NCBI GenBank assembly: GCA_018814025.1
Contig: JAHJAM010000002.1
Coordinates: forward strand, 2,798 to 66,797
Reading direction: 5' to 3'
Length of the DNA stretch: 64,000 nt
Origin: Patescibacteria group bacterium
GTDB taxonomy: Bacteria > Patescibacteriota > Patescibacteriia > UBA9934 > GWF2-40-263
The translations under genes were made by a program, and so were the position numbers. The notes below the pieces were generated by a model. The model searched no databases, had not been told where the DNA came from, and worked only from the letters and a program-made list of their open reading frames with translations. Shown one piece after another: positions 19,626 through 29,757 of this stretch. Every line of letters starts with the position of its first letter. The first letter of the stretch is position 1.

Positions 19626-20192
19626 ATGCTTCAAGCAACGATTGTGGACACGCAACAACTAATTGACGCCGTCCAATCCATCAACTGGATGCAGCCGTCA
19701 TGGGATGTTTTTATTATCATCTTTTTTATCATGGCGTCATTGGTATATGGAATTTCTTTGGGCCGCGACCGGATTTTTGTCACTTTGGTTTCACTCTACA
19801 TGGGTTTGGCCGTGGTCAAGTACGTGCCTTACATTACCGAGTTTAACGCTTCCATCACCATTCAAGACGGACTGGCTATGAACGTTTCGGTTTTTCTGGG
19901 CGTGTTTATCATTCTGTTTTTTCTTTTGTCCCAGTCGGCTTTGGTTAAAACTTTGGGATCGGGCTTAAATCAGGGCTCGATGATCACGGTTTTACTGTTT
20001 TCTTTTTTGCAGACCGGATTGTTGATTAGCGTTACTCTTTCGTTTTTTCCGCAAGACATTTCGCAGTGGATTTCGCCGCTCACGCAAACCATGTTTTTGA
20101 GCGATCCGGCTAAAGCCTTTTGGATTATCACGCCGATCGTGGCCATGATGATTATTGGGGGCGTGGATCGGGATCGGCGCGACCGCTATTGA
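19626..20192 (+). CDS. Multi-TM membrane protein
   Basis: About 5 hydrophobic segments; loosely CvpA-like. Confidence 0.75.
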   Translation: MLQATIVDTQQLIDAVQSINWMQPSWDVFIIIFFIMASLVYGISLGRDRIFVTLVSLYMGLAVVKYVPYITEFNASITIQDGLAMNVSVFLGVFIILFFLLSQSALVKTLGSGLNQGSMITVLLFSFLQTGLLISVTLSFFPQDISQWISPLTQTMFLSDPAKAFWIITPIVAMMIIGGVDRDRRDRY

Positions 20193-20239
20193 TGTAACCT
20201 TTGGCTTGCTTTAGGGTAAGAGGATAAGCAGTCAAAGAT

Positions 20240-20716
20240 GTGAAGCAAAAAGAATTTGATAAATTTTACCGTCGGAACATTGACCGTATCTATCGATACG
20301 TGTTTTTTCGTATTGGGCAAAATCATGAAATTGCGGAAGATTTGGTGAGTGAGATTTTTTTAAAGGCTTTAAATAAGTTTGATGATTATGATGAAAAAAA
20401 GTCCAAATCAGCTTGGATATACACAATCGCGCATAATCATTTGGTAAACTATTATCGAGATAAGAAAGTTGAGATTGATTTTGACGATTTGATCATGGAT
20501 TCCCGTTTGCACGGGAATGACGGCAGGGGAGAGGTTTTTTTGGAGATTGAGGGGATTTTAGCAAAATTATCAAAAGAAGATCGTCGGCTTGTAACCATGA
20601 AGTACTTGGAAGGGTATAAGTATTCAGAGATGGCGGAGATTTTGGGGCGTCAGGCCAACGCGCTTAAAGTCGCTACCCATCGCTCACTTAAAACAATTAA
20701 AGACGGTTTGCGTTAA
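20240..20716 (+). CDS. ECF RNA polymerase sigma factor
   Basis: AEDLVSEIFLKA, WIYTIAHN, YSEMAEILG; ECF-type promoter TGTAACC...GGTAA at 20193-20219. Confidence 0.92.
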   Translation: MKQKEFDKFYRRNIDRIYRYVFFRIGQNHEIAEDLVSEIFLKALNKFDDYDEKKSKSAWIYTIAHNHLVNYYRDKKVEIDFDDLIMDSRLHGNDGRGEVFLEIEGILAKLSKEDRRLVTMKYLEGYKYSEMAEILGRQANALKVATHRSLKTIKDGLR

Positions 20717-20717
20717 T

Positions 20718-21623
20718 ATGTTTATCCCAAAACAATTTAAACAACTTCGGGACAACGCTTGCCCGTCGCCGGAGTTTAAAAATCAGCTCTTGGCTAAACT
20801 TAATCAAGAAACATCTATGACTAATCAATCTTGGGTGCGACGTTTCGTGCCCGCGTTCGCCGCCGCCTTGGTACTCTTTTTTGCCCTAGGTACCGGAGCC
20901 TACGCTTACGAAAGCCCAAGCGTAACCGAAGGCCATCCGTTGCATTTTTTAAAGAATAATTTTGAAAAGTTCGAAGAAAGGTTTGCGGACAGTCCGGAAA
21001 AGCAAGCTCAGTTTCATGCGAAAATGATGGAGCGTCGCATGGGCGAGGCTGAACATTTGGGCTGGGGCAGTGAGGAAGCGCAAACCCTTTTGGAAGCAGC
21101 GGCCGCGGAAATGGATTTATCCGTTGAAGAATTGGTTAATGATTTGAAAGATCCAGAAACTCGATCCCAGATTATGGATCAATTAGCCGAACAGGGTTTT
21201 GAATTCGCCGAAGCTTGGCAAGAGCATCGGGAGCAATACGGTCAAGGCAAGGCCAAAGGATTTGGCATCGGCCAACACATGATTGATTTCGATGATGATG
21301 CAACTGACGACATCCAAGCGCCGGTAATGGGCCGCGGTCTGGGTTGGGGGTTGGGCGATGATATCCAGGAATTGCGATTGGAAATATTTAACGATGAAGA
21401 CTTGTCTGTTGAAGAAAAGCGAGAGACTTTTCATGAAGCGGTTAGGGGCTTAATTGAAGAAAAAGTTGAAGTCAAGAAAGCAGAATTGGATGATGAGGAA
21501 GAGGATGAGGAGCTGATTGATGATGACGTTGAAAATCCGGATGAGGAGGCTGACGGTGGGAGCGAAGATAAGAAAGATGACAACGGCGATGACAAGAATG
21601 AGAGCGAAGAAGAAGATGACTAA
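20718..21623 (+). CDS. Putative anti-sigma factor (DUF5667-like, acidic tail)
   Basis: PSPEFKNQL, single TM, 'S....HPLHFLK...E' motif; coupled to the ECF gene. Confidence 0.7.
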   Translation: MFIPKQFKQLRDNACPSPEFKNQLLAKLNQETSMTNQSWVRRFVPAFAAALVLFFALGTGAYAYESPSVTEGHPLHFLKNNFEKFEERFADSPEKQAQFHAKMMERRMGEAEHLGWGSEEAQTLLEAAAAEMDLSVEELVNDLKDPETRSQIMDQLAEQGFEFAEAWQEHREQYGQGKAKGFGIGQHMIDFDDDATDDIQAPVMGRGLGWGLGDDIQELRLEIFNDEDLSVEEKRETFHEAVRGLIEEKVEVKKAELDDEEEDEELIDDDVENPDEEADGGSEDKKDDNGDDKNESEEEDD

Positions 21624-21689
21624 GCATAAATACCACCCGGCATTGGCCGGGTGGTTTTTTGATGGGACGCGTGTTATATTAGTCTCAAT

Positions 21690-23063
21690 ATGATCAAACT
21701 CTACAACACATTATCTCGGGAAAAGGAGGAATTTAAGCCGACCAAAGATAAGGAAGTCGGGATCTACGCTTGCGGGCCCACGGTTTATTTCTTTGCGCAT
21801 ATCGGCAATTTTCGGACCTATGTTTTTGAAGATGTTTTGCGCCGGGTGCTTGAGTTTAACGGATACGCGGTCAAATTCGTGATGAATATCACGGACGTGG
21901 GGCATCTGACTGATGACGCGGACGCGGGCGAGGATAAAATGCTTTTGGCCATGCGGCGCGAGGGCAAAAGTGCGCAAGAGATCGCGGAATTTTATACGCA
22001 AGCCTTCATGGCGGATGTGAAAAAACTGAATATCAAGCCCGCGGATGAATATCCGCGCGCGACTGATCACATTCAAGAACAGATCGAGTTGATTAAGAAA
22101 TTGGAGGAAAAAGGCTTTACTTACCAAACCACGGATGGGGTTTATTTTGATACTTCTAAATTGCCGGATTACGGGCGCTTGTCCGGTCAAAAGTCGGAAG
22201 AAAAAGAAGCGGGCGCGCGCGTGGCCATGGGCGAGAAGAAAAATCCGACTGATTTTGCCTTGTGGAAGTTTTCATCTGAAAGCGAACAGCGATTAATGGA
22301 ATGGGAATCGCCTTGGGGCAAGGGTTTCCCGGGCTGGCATATTGAATGTTCGGCCATGAGCGCCAAGTATTTGGGCATCCCTTTTGATATTCATTTGGGC
22401 GGAATTGACCATGTGCCGGTTCACCATGAGAATGAGATTGCGCAAACTCAAGCGGCGGAAGGTAAGCTCTTGGCCAATTATTGGGTGCATAGCGACTTTT
22501 TGACCGTGGATGGCGGCAAGATGAGCAAGTCTTTGGGCAATATCTATACGATTTCGGATTTGGCGGCGAAGGGCATCGATCCGCTGGCTTTCCGGTATTT
22601 CTGTTTGGGCGCGCATTATCGCACCAAGTTAAACTTTACCACCGAGTCCATTAACGCGGCGCAAAACGCTCTGAATAATTTGCGCGATGCGGTTCGGGAT
22701 TGGGATTCGCCTTCGGGCGGTTGCGCGGCTTATGAGCAGGAGTTTGCGGCGGCGCTGGATGATGATTTGAATCTGCCCGAGGCTTTGGCCGTGGTTTGGC
22801 AGATGAAAGATTCGGCGAGTGCGAGTTCGGCTAAGGCCGCGAGTTTGCTCAAGTTCGATCAGGTTTTGGGCTTAGAGCTTGATCAATACGTGGCCCAGCC
22901 TTTGGCCGTGCCCGAGGACGTGAAATCTTTGGTTAAAGATCGCGAGCGGGCGCGCGAGGAAAAGGATTTCGAGCGCGCGGATCAGCTGCGCGAGCAAATT
23001 GAGAAAAAAGGATTTACGGTGGATGATCAAGCGGCCGGTTCAAAAATTAATCAAAAACATTAA
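21690..23063 (+). CDS. cysS: Cysteine--tRNA ligase
   Basis: CGPTVY, HIGN, PGWHIECSAM, KMSKS. Confidence 0.98.
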   Translation: MIKLYNTLSREKEEFKPTKDKEVGIYACGPTVYFFAHIGNFRTYVFEDVLRRVLEFNGYAVKFVMNITDVGHLTDDADAGEDKMLLAMRREGKSAQEIAEFYTQAFMADVKKLNIKPADEYPRATDHIQEQIELIKKLEEKGFTYQTTDGVYFDTSKLPDYGRLSGQKSEEKEAGARVAMGEKKNPTDFALWKFSSESEQRLMEWESPWGKGFPGWHIECSAMSAKYLGIPFDIHLGGIDHVPVHHENEIAQTQAAEGKLLANYWVHSDFLTVDGGKMSKSLGNIYTISDLAAKGIDPLAFRYFCLGAHYRTKLNFTTESINAAQNALNNLRDAVRDWDSPSGGCAAYEQEFAAALDDDLNLPEALAVVWQMKDSASASSAKAASLLKFDQVLGLELDQYVAQPLAVPEDVKSLVKDRERAREEKDFERADQLREQIEKKGFTVDDQAAGSKINQKH

Positions 23064-23081
23064 TTATTTATCAACAACAAT

Positions 23082-23585
23082 ATGGACGATTACGGCCCGC
23101 CAGACATGGAATTGAATGCTGATTCCGGAGAACATTCTCCGGGTAAGGCTACAAAATCAGGTTCGATCAAAATCGCAGTCGGTTTGTTAATCGGCTTCAT
23201 TATTTTCGGCATCGGAGTTTTTGCCTTGGTCATGCAATTGACCAACGGTCCGCGCGAAGTGGCCGATGTCTTTATGGCGGATTTGAACGCCGGCCAAGTG
23301 GCATCCGCTTATGATTTAACTTCAAGCGCTTTTCAGGAAGCGGTGAGCGGAGAAAGTTGGGCTCAGTTTGTGGAAGCTTATCCAATTTTGGTCGGTTATC
23401 AGGACGTGTCCTTTAATTATTCGTCCATGGCCGGGGACAGTGCCGTGATCAGCGGCACCTTGAAAGGCACTGATGGCGAGGTCCGGCCAGTAACGATTGA
23501 TTTGGTGAAAGAAAATGAGGAGTGGCGAGTGCTGAATCTGAGTTTGGAACCCGAGGATGCACCGCAAATTGAAGCCGAGTTTTAA
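23082..23585 (+). CDS. Membrane-anchored NTF2-like/DUF4864-like protein
   Basis: TM then 'AYDLTSSAFQ...LVKENEEWRV'. Confidence 0.65.
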   Translation: MDDYGPPDMELNADSGEHSPGKATKSGSIKIAVGLLIGFIIFGIGVFALVMQLTNGPREVADVFMADLNAGQVASAYDLTSSAFQEAVSGESWAQFVEAYPILVGYQDVSFNYSSMAGDSAVISGTLKGTDGEVRPVTIDLVKENEEWRVLNLSLEPEDAPQIEAEF

Positions 23586-23624
23586 AAAACAAACCGCCCT
23601 GAGAGGGGCGGTTTTGAGTTGGGG

Positions 23625-24221
23625 CTAGTGTTCGACTTTAAAGCCGTCGATTTCGGTGGTGATTTCGCTCTGGACTTCGGTATCTTCGAAGCCGGTGAGA
23701 TGGATATTCTGAATGAACTCCGAGGCCTTGTGCATAAGCATCTCCGGCGGGCCGGCCTGATCCATATTGGCTACGACCAAGGCTTCCAGATTGTTTAGGA
23801 AATCCAAGGCATAGCGAATTTGCTCGTCAGTCTCCTTGAGTTTTTGCTCCAGGATTTTTTTGTTTTCCAGGGCGAAGTGGATGTTCTTGATGGCGCCGTT
23901 GTTGGTGTCGCCAGTCTGCATTTCGGCCAGTTTGATTTTGACCCTCCCTTGGCTTTCCTTGAGCGCATGTTTGCGATCCATCAAGGTCGGCAGATAAAGA
24001 TTGAGCACAGTGTTGAGATCGTCGCGGATTTGGTCCCAAGTCGAGGATTTGGGGATCAGGGTATGAAATTCGAGCACGAAGGATGCGATCTGGCGGCGCA
24101 GGCGATCCTGATCATTGCGGAACCGGTCCAAGAACTTATCCACCAAGTTCCAGCTCATGATCATCAGATTGTTCAAGATGTGATAGACATCTCGAAATAT
24201 TGTGCTGATTTTTTTTAGCAT
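23625..24221 (-). CDS. Helical coiled-coil hypothetical protein
   Basis: 198-aa ORF with SD GAGGAGG and TTGACA promoter near 24283. Confidence 0.7.
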   Translation of the reverse strand: MLKKISTIFRDVYHILNNLMIMSWNLVDKFLDRFRNDQDRLRRQIASFVLEFHTLIPKSSTWDQIRDDLNTVLNLYLPTLMDRKHALKESQGRVKIKLAEMQTGDTNNGAIKNIHFALENKKILEQKLKETDEQIRYALDFLNNLEALVVANMDQAGPPEMLMHKASEFIQNIHLTGFEDTEVQSEITTEIDGFKVEH

Positions 24222-24324
24222 CCGTGACCTCCTCGTGAAAAGAGCAAGAGAACAGAATGCCAGATTTTGCTTCGGTTGTCAACCGTGGATAGCAAACCGA
24301 TATTTATGCTACAATAGGTGCAAT

Positions 24325-24831
24325 ATGGCGGAAGTGAAGGAAGCGCTCAAAAAAGTTCCGGAAATGCCCGCGGCCGAAGCGCCGCGGGAGGTTGAGGTTA
24401 GGCAGGAGAAAAGGGAAAAAGTAGGTAGGGAAGAAGGGGGTGGGGAGAAAATTCAAGATTCTGAAGTCACCCAAGCTGAACAAGCAGTGCAGATGGCAGC
24501 TGCGGCACCCCCGCCTTTGGTGAAGGATCCGATTGTGGCTCAGATTGAAAGCGTGATGGCTGAGGATTTAACGGACTTGTTTTTGGGCTTATCGCCGGAA
24601 CAACAAGCCGTGTTTCAGCAAAAAGGCGAAGAAACCGCTTCTTTGATCAAGGAAATGATTATGCAGGCCAAAGTCAACATGAAGAAAGTTTTCGAATTGC
24701 TGCGGGATTGGCTGCGGCTGCTGCCCGGGGTCAATAAGTTCTTTCTGGAGCAAGAAGCGAAAATTAAAGCTGATAAAATTTTAGGGCTGGCCAAAGAAGA
24801 ACAGCGACGGGCCAGCGAACAAATTGCATGA
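24325..24831 (+). CDS. Conserved hypothetical protein
   Basis: C-terminal 'WLRLLPGVNKFFLEQEAKIKADKI'; coupled to the next gene (ATGA). Confidence 0.8.
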   Translation: MAEVKEALKKVPEMPAAEAPREVEVRQEKREKVGREEGGGEKIQDSEVTQAEQAVQMAAAAPPPLVKDPIVAQIESVMAEDLTDLFLGLSPEQQAVFQQKGEETASLIKEMIMQAKVNMKKVFELLRDWLRLLPGVNKFFLEQEAKIKADKILGLAKEEQRRASEQIA

Positions 24832-27383
24832 TGATTTTTCAGTTCGGATTGGAAACATTCGATCAAACGAATTTCACCGCGACCGGAACGGGCGCGGATT
24901 GGGGTTTTCTAATTCCAATTTTATGGTTAGTCGGAATTTTGGCCGCCGCGGCCATGGTGATTTATTTGGCGTTATATTTTATCCGCCACCGCGCGCAGGT
25001 TCGGTCCGCAACTTTTGACTTAGTCACGCTGTTAATCACGCTGCCGAAATTTCGCCGCGAAGAAGAGTCTGAGCGAGGCGGTTCAAAAGAAGACGTGCAA
25101 GAAACGATTGCGGCCGCGGAAACTTTCTTTTCGGCCGTGGCCGGCTTGAAAGCGGAAAAAGGTTTTATGAAGTGGCTGCTGGGCAAGAATGATCAGTTTT
25201 CATTCGAAATCGTGATGCATAAGAATCTGATTAAGTTTTACGCGGCCGTGCCCAGGCATTTACAGGATTTCTTTCAACAACAGCTGTCCGCGGCTTATCC
25301 GGACGCGTTCATCGAAGAGGTTGAGGATTACAATATTTTTTCTCCGACCGGGGTGATTTTGGGCAGCTATTTAACGCTCAAGCGGGAAAATGGCTTTCCC
25401 ATTAAAACTTATCGCCAGCTGGATAAAGATCCGCTGAATGCGCTGACCAATGTCTTATCAAAATTGCCCGCGGATGAAGGCGCGGTTTTTCAATACGTGG
25501 TGCGCTCGGCGCCGGGCGCTTGGCGCAAACGCGGCGTAAAAATCGCTCAAGACATGCAACAAGGCATGAGTTTGGAAGAAGCGATCAGCGGTAAAAAGAA
25601 ATCTTCGGTCAAAGAATTGACCGGTTTATCAGCCGAGGATAAAAAACCGGAAAAAGAACACCGCTTATCGCCGCAAGAAGAAGAAACCGTCAAAGGCCTG
25701 GAAGAGAAAGCCAGCAAGGGCGGCATGGAAGTTTGCGTGCGCTTGATGGTTTCGGGTGCGAACGCGGGCACGGCCCAGACCACGCTGGCTAATATGATCA
25801 ATGCTTTTTCCCAATACAATATCTATCAATACGGCAACTCTTTCGTGAAATCCGTGCCCAAATCAAAAAATAAAATCACGCAGCGTTTTATTTACCGGGC
25901 TTTCAACGAGCACATGGTTTGCGTTTTGAATACCGAGGAAATGGCCAGTTTGTGGCATTTGCCCACGCCTTGGACCGAAACGCCGAATATCAAGTGGCTG
26001 GGCGCTCGCCGCGGGGCCGTGCCATCGGGCGTGCCCAAGAGCCGGGCCGAGGAAGGCCAACTGGAATTGGGCTTTAATGTTTATCGGGGCATTAAGACGC
26101 CGGTTTGGATGAAAGGGCCGGATCGCTCGCGCCACATGTACATCATTGGCAAATCCGGATCCGGCAAATCAGAAACCATTGCCAAGTATGCGATTCAAGA
26201 CATTCAAAACGGACACGGCGTGGCCGTGGTGGAACCGCACGGCGATTTGGTGGAGCGGATTTTAGCCAATATCCCCAAAGAGCGGGTGGATGACGTGATT
26301 TATTTCTGTCCGTCTGATTTGGAGCGGCCCATGGGCTTGAATATGCTGGAGGCCAAGGATGAAAGCATGAAAGACATGGCCGTGCAGGAAATGATTTCAA
26401 TTTTTTACAAATTGTTCCCGCCGGAAATGATCGGACCGCAATTTGAGCACACGATGCGCAATATGATGCTGACCTTGATGGCTGATCAAGAAAATCCGGG
26501 GACTTTAGCGGAAATTCCGCGGATTATTACGGACGCGGATTTTCAACAGGAATGGGTGGCGAAAGTGAAAGACCCGGTGGTTCGGGCTTATTGGGAAAAA
26601 GAAGTCGCCAACACCAGCGACTTCCACAAGTCAGAGATGTTCGGATATTTGACCTCAAAAGTCGGCCGGTTCGTGGAAAACGAAATGATGCGCAACATCA
26701 TCGGCCAGTCGCATTCCAGTTTTGACTTCAGGGAAGTCATGGATAAGAAAAAGATTTTGCTGGTCAATCTTTCCAAAGGCAAGACCGGGGATGTAAATTC
26801 GGAACTGCTGGGCATGATCATTGTTTCCAAACTGCAAATGGCGGCGCTGGGCCGGGCGGACATGCCCGAGAGCGAGCGCAGCGACTTTTATCTTTACATC
26901 GATGAGTTCCAGAACTTCATTACGGATTCCATTGCCACAATTTTGTCCGAAGCGCGCAAGTACCGGTTGAATCTGATCATCGCCCACCAATATATCGGCC
27001 AATTGGTGAAGAACGGGGACACGAAAATTCGCGATGCGGTGTTTGGCAACGTGGGCACCAACTTTGTGGCCCGAATCGGGCCCGAAGACGTGGAAATGCT
27101 CGAGCCCATCTACTCACCGGAGTTTTCCGGATATGATTTGATGAATTCTGATAAGTTTACTTGGTATGTGAAGATGATTGTGGATAACTCTCAAGTTAAG
27201 CCTTTTACCATGAATTTGGCACCTTCGCCGTCGGGAAATCGGGAATTAGCCGAGGCCATTAAGGAACTTTCTCGGTTGAAATATGGACGGGATCGCGCTA
27301 TTGTCGAAGCAGAGATATTAGAGCGTTCGCAATTGGGCACGGCCGGGCGGGGACCCCAGAGGCCGGGCCCGGGAGAGATATAA
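24828..27383 (+). CDS. Membrane-anchored TraD/VirD4/HerA-like ATPase
   Basis: HMYIIGKSGSGKS (Walker A), YLYIDEFQNF (Walker B), SEARKYRLNLIIAHQYIGQL. Confidence 0.9.
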   Translation: MMIFQFGLETFDQTNFTATGTGADWGFLIPILWLVGILAAAAMVIYLALYFIRHRAQVRSATFDLVTLLITLPKFRREEESERGGSKEDVQETIAAAETFFSAVAGLKAEKGFMKWLLGKNDQFSFEIVMHKNLIKFYAAVPRHLQDFFQQQLSAAYPDAFIEEVEDYNIFSPTGVILGSYLTLKRENGFPIKTYRQLDKDPLNALTNVLSKLPADEGAVFQYVVRSAPGAWRKRGVKIAQDMQQGMSLEEAISGKKKSSVKELTGLSAEDKKPEKEHRLSPQEEETVKGLEEKASKGGMEVCVRLMVSGANAGTAQTTLANMINAFSQYNIYQYGNSFVKSVPKSKNKITQRFIYRAFNEHMVCVLNTEEMASLWHLPTPWTETPNIKWLGARRGAVPSGVPKSRAEEGQLELGFNVYRGIKTPVWMKGPDRSRHMYIIGKSGSGKSETIAKYAIQDIQNGHGVAVVEPHGDLVERILANIPKERVDDVIYFCPSDLERPMGLNMLEAKDESMKDMAVQEMISIFYKLFPPEMIGPQFEHTMRNMMLTLMADQENPGTLAEIPRIITDADFQQEWVAKVKDPVVRAYWEKEVANTSDFHKSEMFGYLTSKVGRFVENEMMRNIIGQSHSSFDFREVMDKKKILLVNLSKGKTGDVNSELLGMIIVSKLQMAALGRADMPESERSDFYLYIDEFQNFITDSIATILSEARKYRLNLIIAHQYIGQLVKNGDTKIRDAVFGNVGTNFVARIGPEDVEMLEPIYSPEFSGYDLMNSDKFTWYVKMIVDNSQVKPFTMNLAPSPSGNRELAEAIKELSRLKYGRDRAIVEAEILERSQLGTAGRGPQRPGPGEI

Positions 27384-27425
27384 AAAAACAAAGCCTGCAA
27401 ACAAAGACTCAATAAAAAAATTTAT

Positions 27426-28064
27426 ATGGCGCGCCAAGATGATGCGAGGTATGAGGGGGAAATGGAGGAAATGATCTTTGAGCCCGAACCAGCCGTGGGC
27501 CAGAAAGCGCCGGCTGAAGACAAGCATGTTCGGGTTGACCTAATTATCAGAACCCTGAAGCAAGTCCATGAGAGCATCGGACACATTATCGATCTTTTTG
27601 AAAGCGATGGAGTAGTGGACGACGGCCAAATGATGGCCGAGTTGGTGACCGCCAAAAAACAATTAGCCCAGAAGCTGGAAGATTTTTCCGGCGCCCGGGT
27701 GGTCGAGGGCATGTTCGATGGGGCGCTGATGATCGGCCAGGACGGCAAATCATATTCCGTGCCGCCGAATTACGCTTCCAAGTCGCGTTTGGTTGAAGGT
27801 GACGTCATGAAACTCACTATTCGGCCGGACGGGTCTTTTGTTTTTAAACAGATTGGTCCGATTGAGCGCAAGCGAATCGTAGGTACCGTGGCTTTTGACG
27901 CCTCGACCAATTCTTACGTGGCCATCAGCGATGGCGCGACTTTTAAAGTTTTAACCGCCAGCGTGACATATTTTAAAGGACAGCCCGGCGATGAAGTGGT
28001 CTTGCTGGTTCCCAAATCAGGCAAGAGCGTGTGGGCGGCCGTGGAAAATGTGATTAAAAAATAG
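27426..28064 (+). CDS. Conserved hypothetical protein
   Basis: 'VEGMFDG..MIG.DGK.Y.VPPNYASKSRLVEGD' motif, seen in CPR proteins from recall. Confidence 0.8.
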   Translation: MARQDDARYEGEMEEMIFEPEPAVGQKAPAEDKHVRVDLIIRTLKQVHESIGHIIDLFESDGVVDDGQMMAELVTAKKQLAQKLEDFSGARVVEGMFDGALMIGQDGKSYSVPPNYASKSRLVEGDVMKLTIRPDGSFVFKQIGPIERKRIVGTVAFDASTNSYVAISDGATFKVLTASVTYFKGQPGDEVVLLVPKSGKSVWAAVENVIKK

Positions 28065-28145
28065 TGAAAGCAGGCACTCGGCACTAGGCTTTAGGCCCTG
28101 GGAATGTTATCCTAGCGCCTAGCGCCTAAGGTCCAGCGCCTTTTT

Positions 28146-29741
28146 ATGTCTCAAGCGATTTATCGAAAATATCGGCCCGGAAAATTCTCGGACGTGACCG
28201 GACAGGATCACGTGATTCAGACGCTGCAGAATCAAATTAAAAATGATTCGGTGGCGCATGCTTATCTTTTTACCGGTCCGCGCGGCATCGGCAAGACCAC
28301 GGTGGCTCGGTTGTTGGCGAAGGCCGTGAATTGCGAAAAGAGCAAAGATTTTGAACCGTGCAATGCATGCCCGGCTTGCGAGGATATCGCGGGCGGAGCG
28401 TCTTTGGACGTGGTGGAAATTGACGCCGCTTCCCAGACCGACGTGGAGAACGTGCGCGAGAATATTGTGAAAAGCGTGCGTTTCACGCCCAATCGTCTCA
28501 AGTACAAAGTTTATATCATTGACGAGGTTCACATGCTTTCCGCCTCTTCTTTCAATGCTTTGCTGAAAACTTTGGAAGAACCGCCGGCGCATGGCATTTT
28601 TATTTTAGCCACCACGGAAATTCACAAAGTGCCGCAGACCATCATCAGCCGCTGCCAGCGGTTTGATTTTCGCCGGATTCCGGTCCCGATGCTAGTGGCT
28701 CGGCTCATGGGAATCATCGATCAGGAGGGTATTAAAGTTGACGAGGATGTGTTGCAGGAAGTGGCGCGCCACGCGGACGGCTGCGCACGCGATGCGGAAA
28801 GTTTGCTGGGCCAGATTTTAGCCATGGCCGGCCAAGATTCAATCAGCATGGAAGCGGCCAGCTTGGTTTTGCCGGCCACGACCACGGTGTTGGTGCTGGA
28901 TTTTGTTGATTCGCTGGCGAATGATCAAGCCAAAGCCGCGATTGAACAATTGGATAATTATGTGGAACAGGGGATTGATATGCCCCAGTTTATGGATGAT
29001 GTAATCGATTTTTTCCGGATTTTGCTTTTTGCTAAAATGGGCAATCGCGATTTATTGGAAATGTCTTTTAACTCGGACACGGTAGCCGGCGCGGATCAAA
29101 TTTTACCGAAGCTGACTTTGAGTAAAATTACCCAAGCGATTGCCGCTTTTTTGGAAGCCCGGCGGCATATGAAGCTGGACAAGATTCCGCAGTTGTCCGC
29201 GGAATTGGCGGTTTTGGATTTGTGCGGGAAAAAGGTAGGTAGGGAAGAAGAAGGTAGGGTAGAAGACTCCAGCAAACTGGATTTTAAGGAACAGGGGGCT
29301 GGTTCGGGTTCGGAGAGAGAGGTTGGAAATAATCAACAAGAGTTGGAAACTAACGAGATAGTTGGAGAGGTTGAAAAAGAACCAACTGTTCCGATTCAAG
29401 CCAAAGAAACGGTTTTTGATTCCGTGCCCGTGATCGATTTGGCAGAAGTCAAAAGAAAGTGGCCGGATGTTTTTCAGCAATTAAAACAATGCAATGCGTC
29501 TTTGCCCATCATGATTCAAGCCGGCCAGCCTTCGGCCGTCAACGGCGACCAAGTGGAAATATCATTTGAATACGCCCTCTATGCGGACACCATGAATCGT
29601 GATAAGAATAAAAAACTTTTGGAAGAAGTGATGAAAAAAGTGATCGGCAAGCCGCTGCGGATTCACGCCAAGCATGAGAATTTGAAGGCGGATCAGGCCG
29701 TGTCGGATTTAATTGATCAATTTGGAGGATCAGTAGTGTAA
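28146..29741 (+). CDS. dnaX: DNA polymerase III subunit gamma/tau
   Basis: YRKYRP, GPRGIGKTT, IIDEVHML, LLKTLEEPP, SRCQRF. Confidence 0.97.
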   Translation: MSQAIYRKYRPGKFSDVTGQDHVIQTLQNQIKNDSVAHAYLFTGPRGIGKTTVARLLAKAVNCEKSKDFEPCNACPACEDIAGGASLDVVEIDAASQTDVENVRENIVKSVRFTPNRLKYKVYIIDEVHMLSASSFNALLKTLEEPPAHGIFILATTEIHKVPQTIISRCQRFDFRRIPVPMLVARLMGIIDQEGIKVDEDVLQEVARHADGCARDAESLLGQILAMAGQDSISMEAASLVLPATTTVLVLDFVDSLANDQAKAAIEQLDNYVEQGIDMPQFMDDVIDFFRILLFAKMGNRDLLEMSFNSDTVAGADQILPKLTLSKITQAIAAFLEARRHMKLDKIPQLSAELAVLDLCGKKVGREEEGRVEDSSKLDFKEQGAGSGSEREVGNNQQELETNEIVGEVEKEPTVPIQAKETVFDSVPVIDLAEVKRKWPDVFQQLKQCNASLPIMIQAGQPSAVNGDQVEISFEYALYADTMNRDKNKKLLEEVMKKVIGKPLRIHAKHENLKADQAVSDLIDQFGGSVV

Positions 29742-29757
29742 ATAACCTATTTGTCTT

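Noticed and set aside
24828-27383. Conjugative element or ICE
   Set aside because: No relaxase, integrase, virB genes or att sites; the gene is embedded among core genes.
29224-29236. dnaX -1 frameshift site
   Set aside because: In-frame context is G AAA AAG rather than A AAA AAG, with no clear stimulatory hairpin; better explained by the GTAGGTAGGG repeat.
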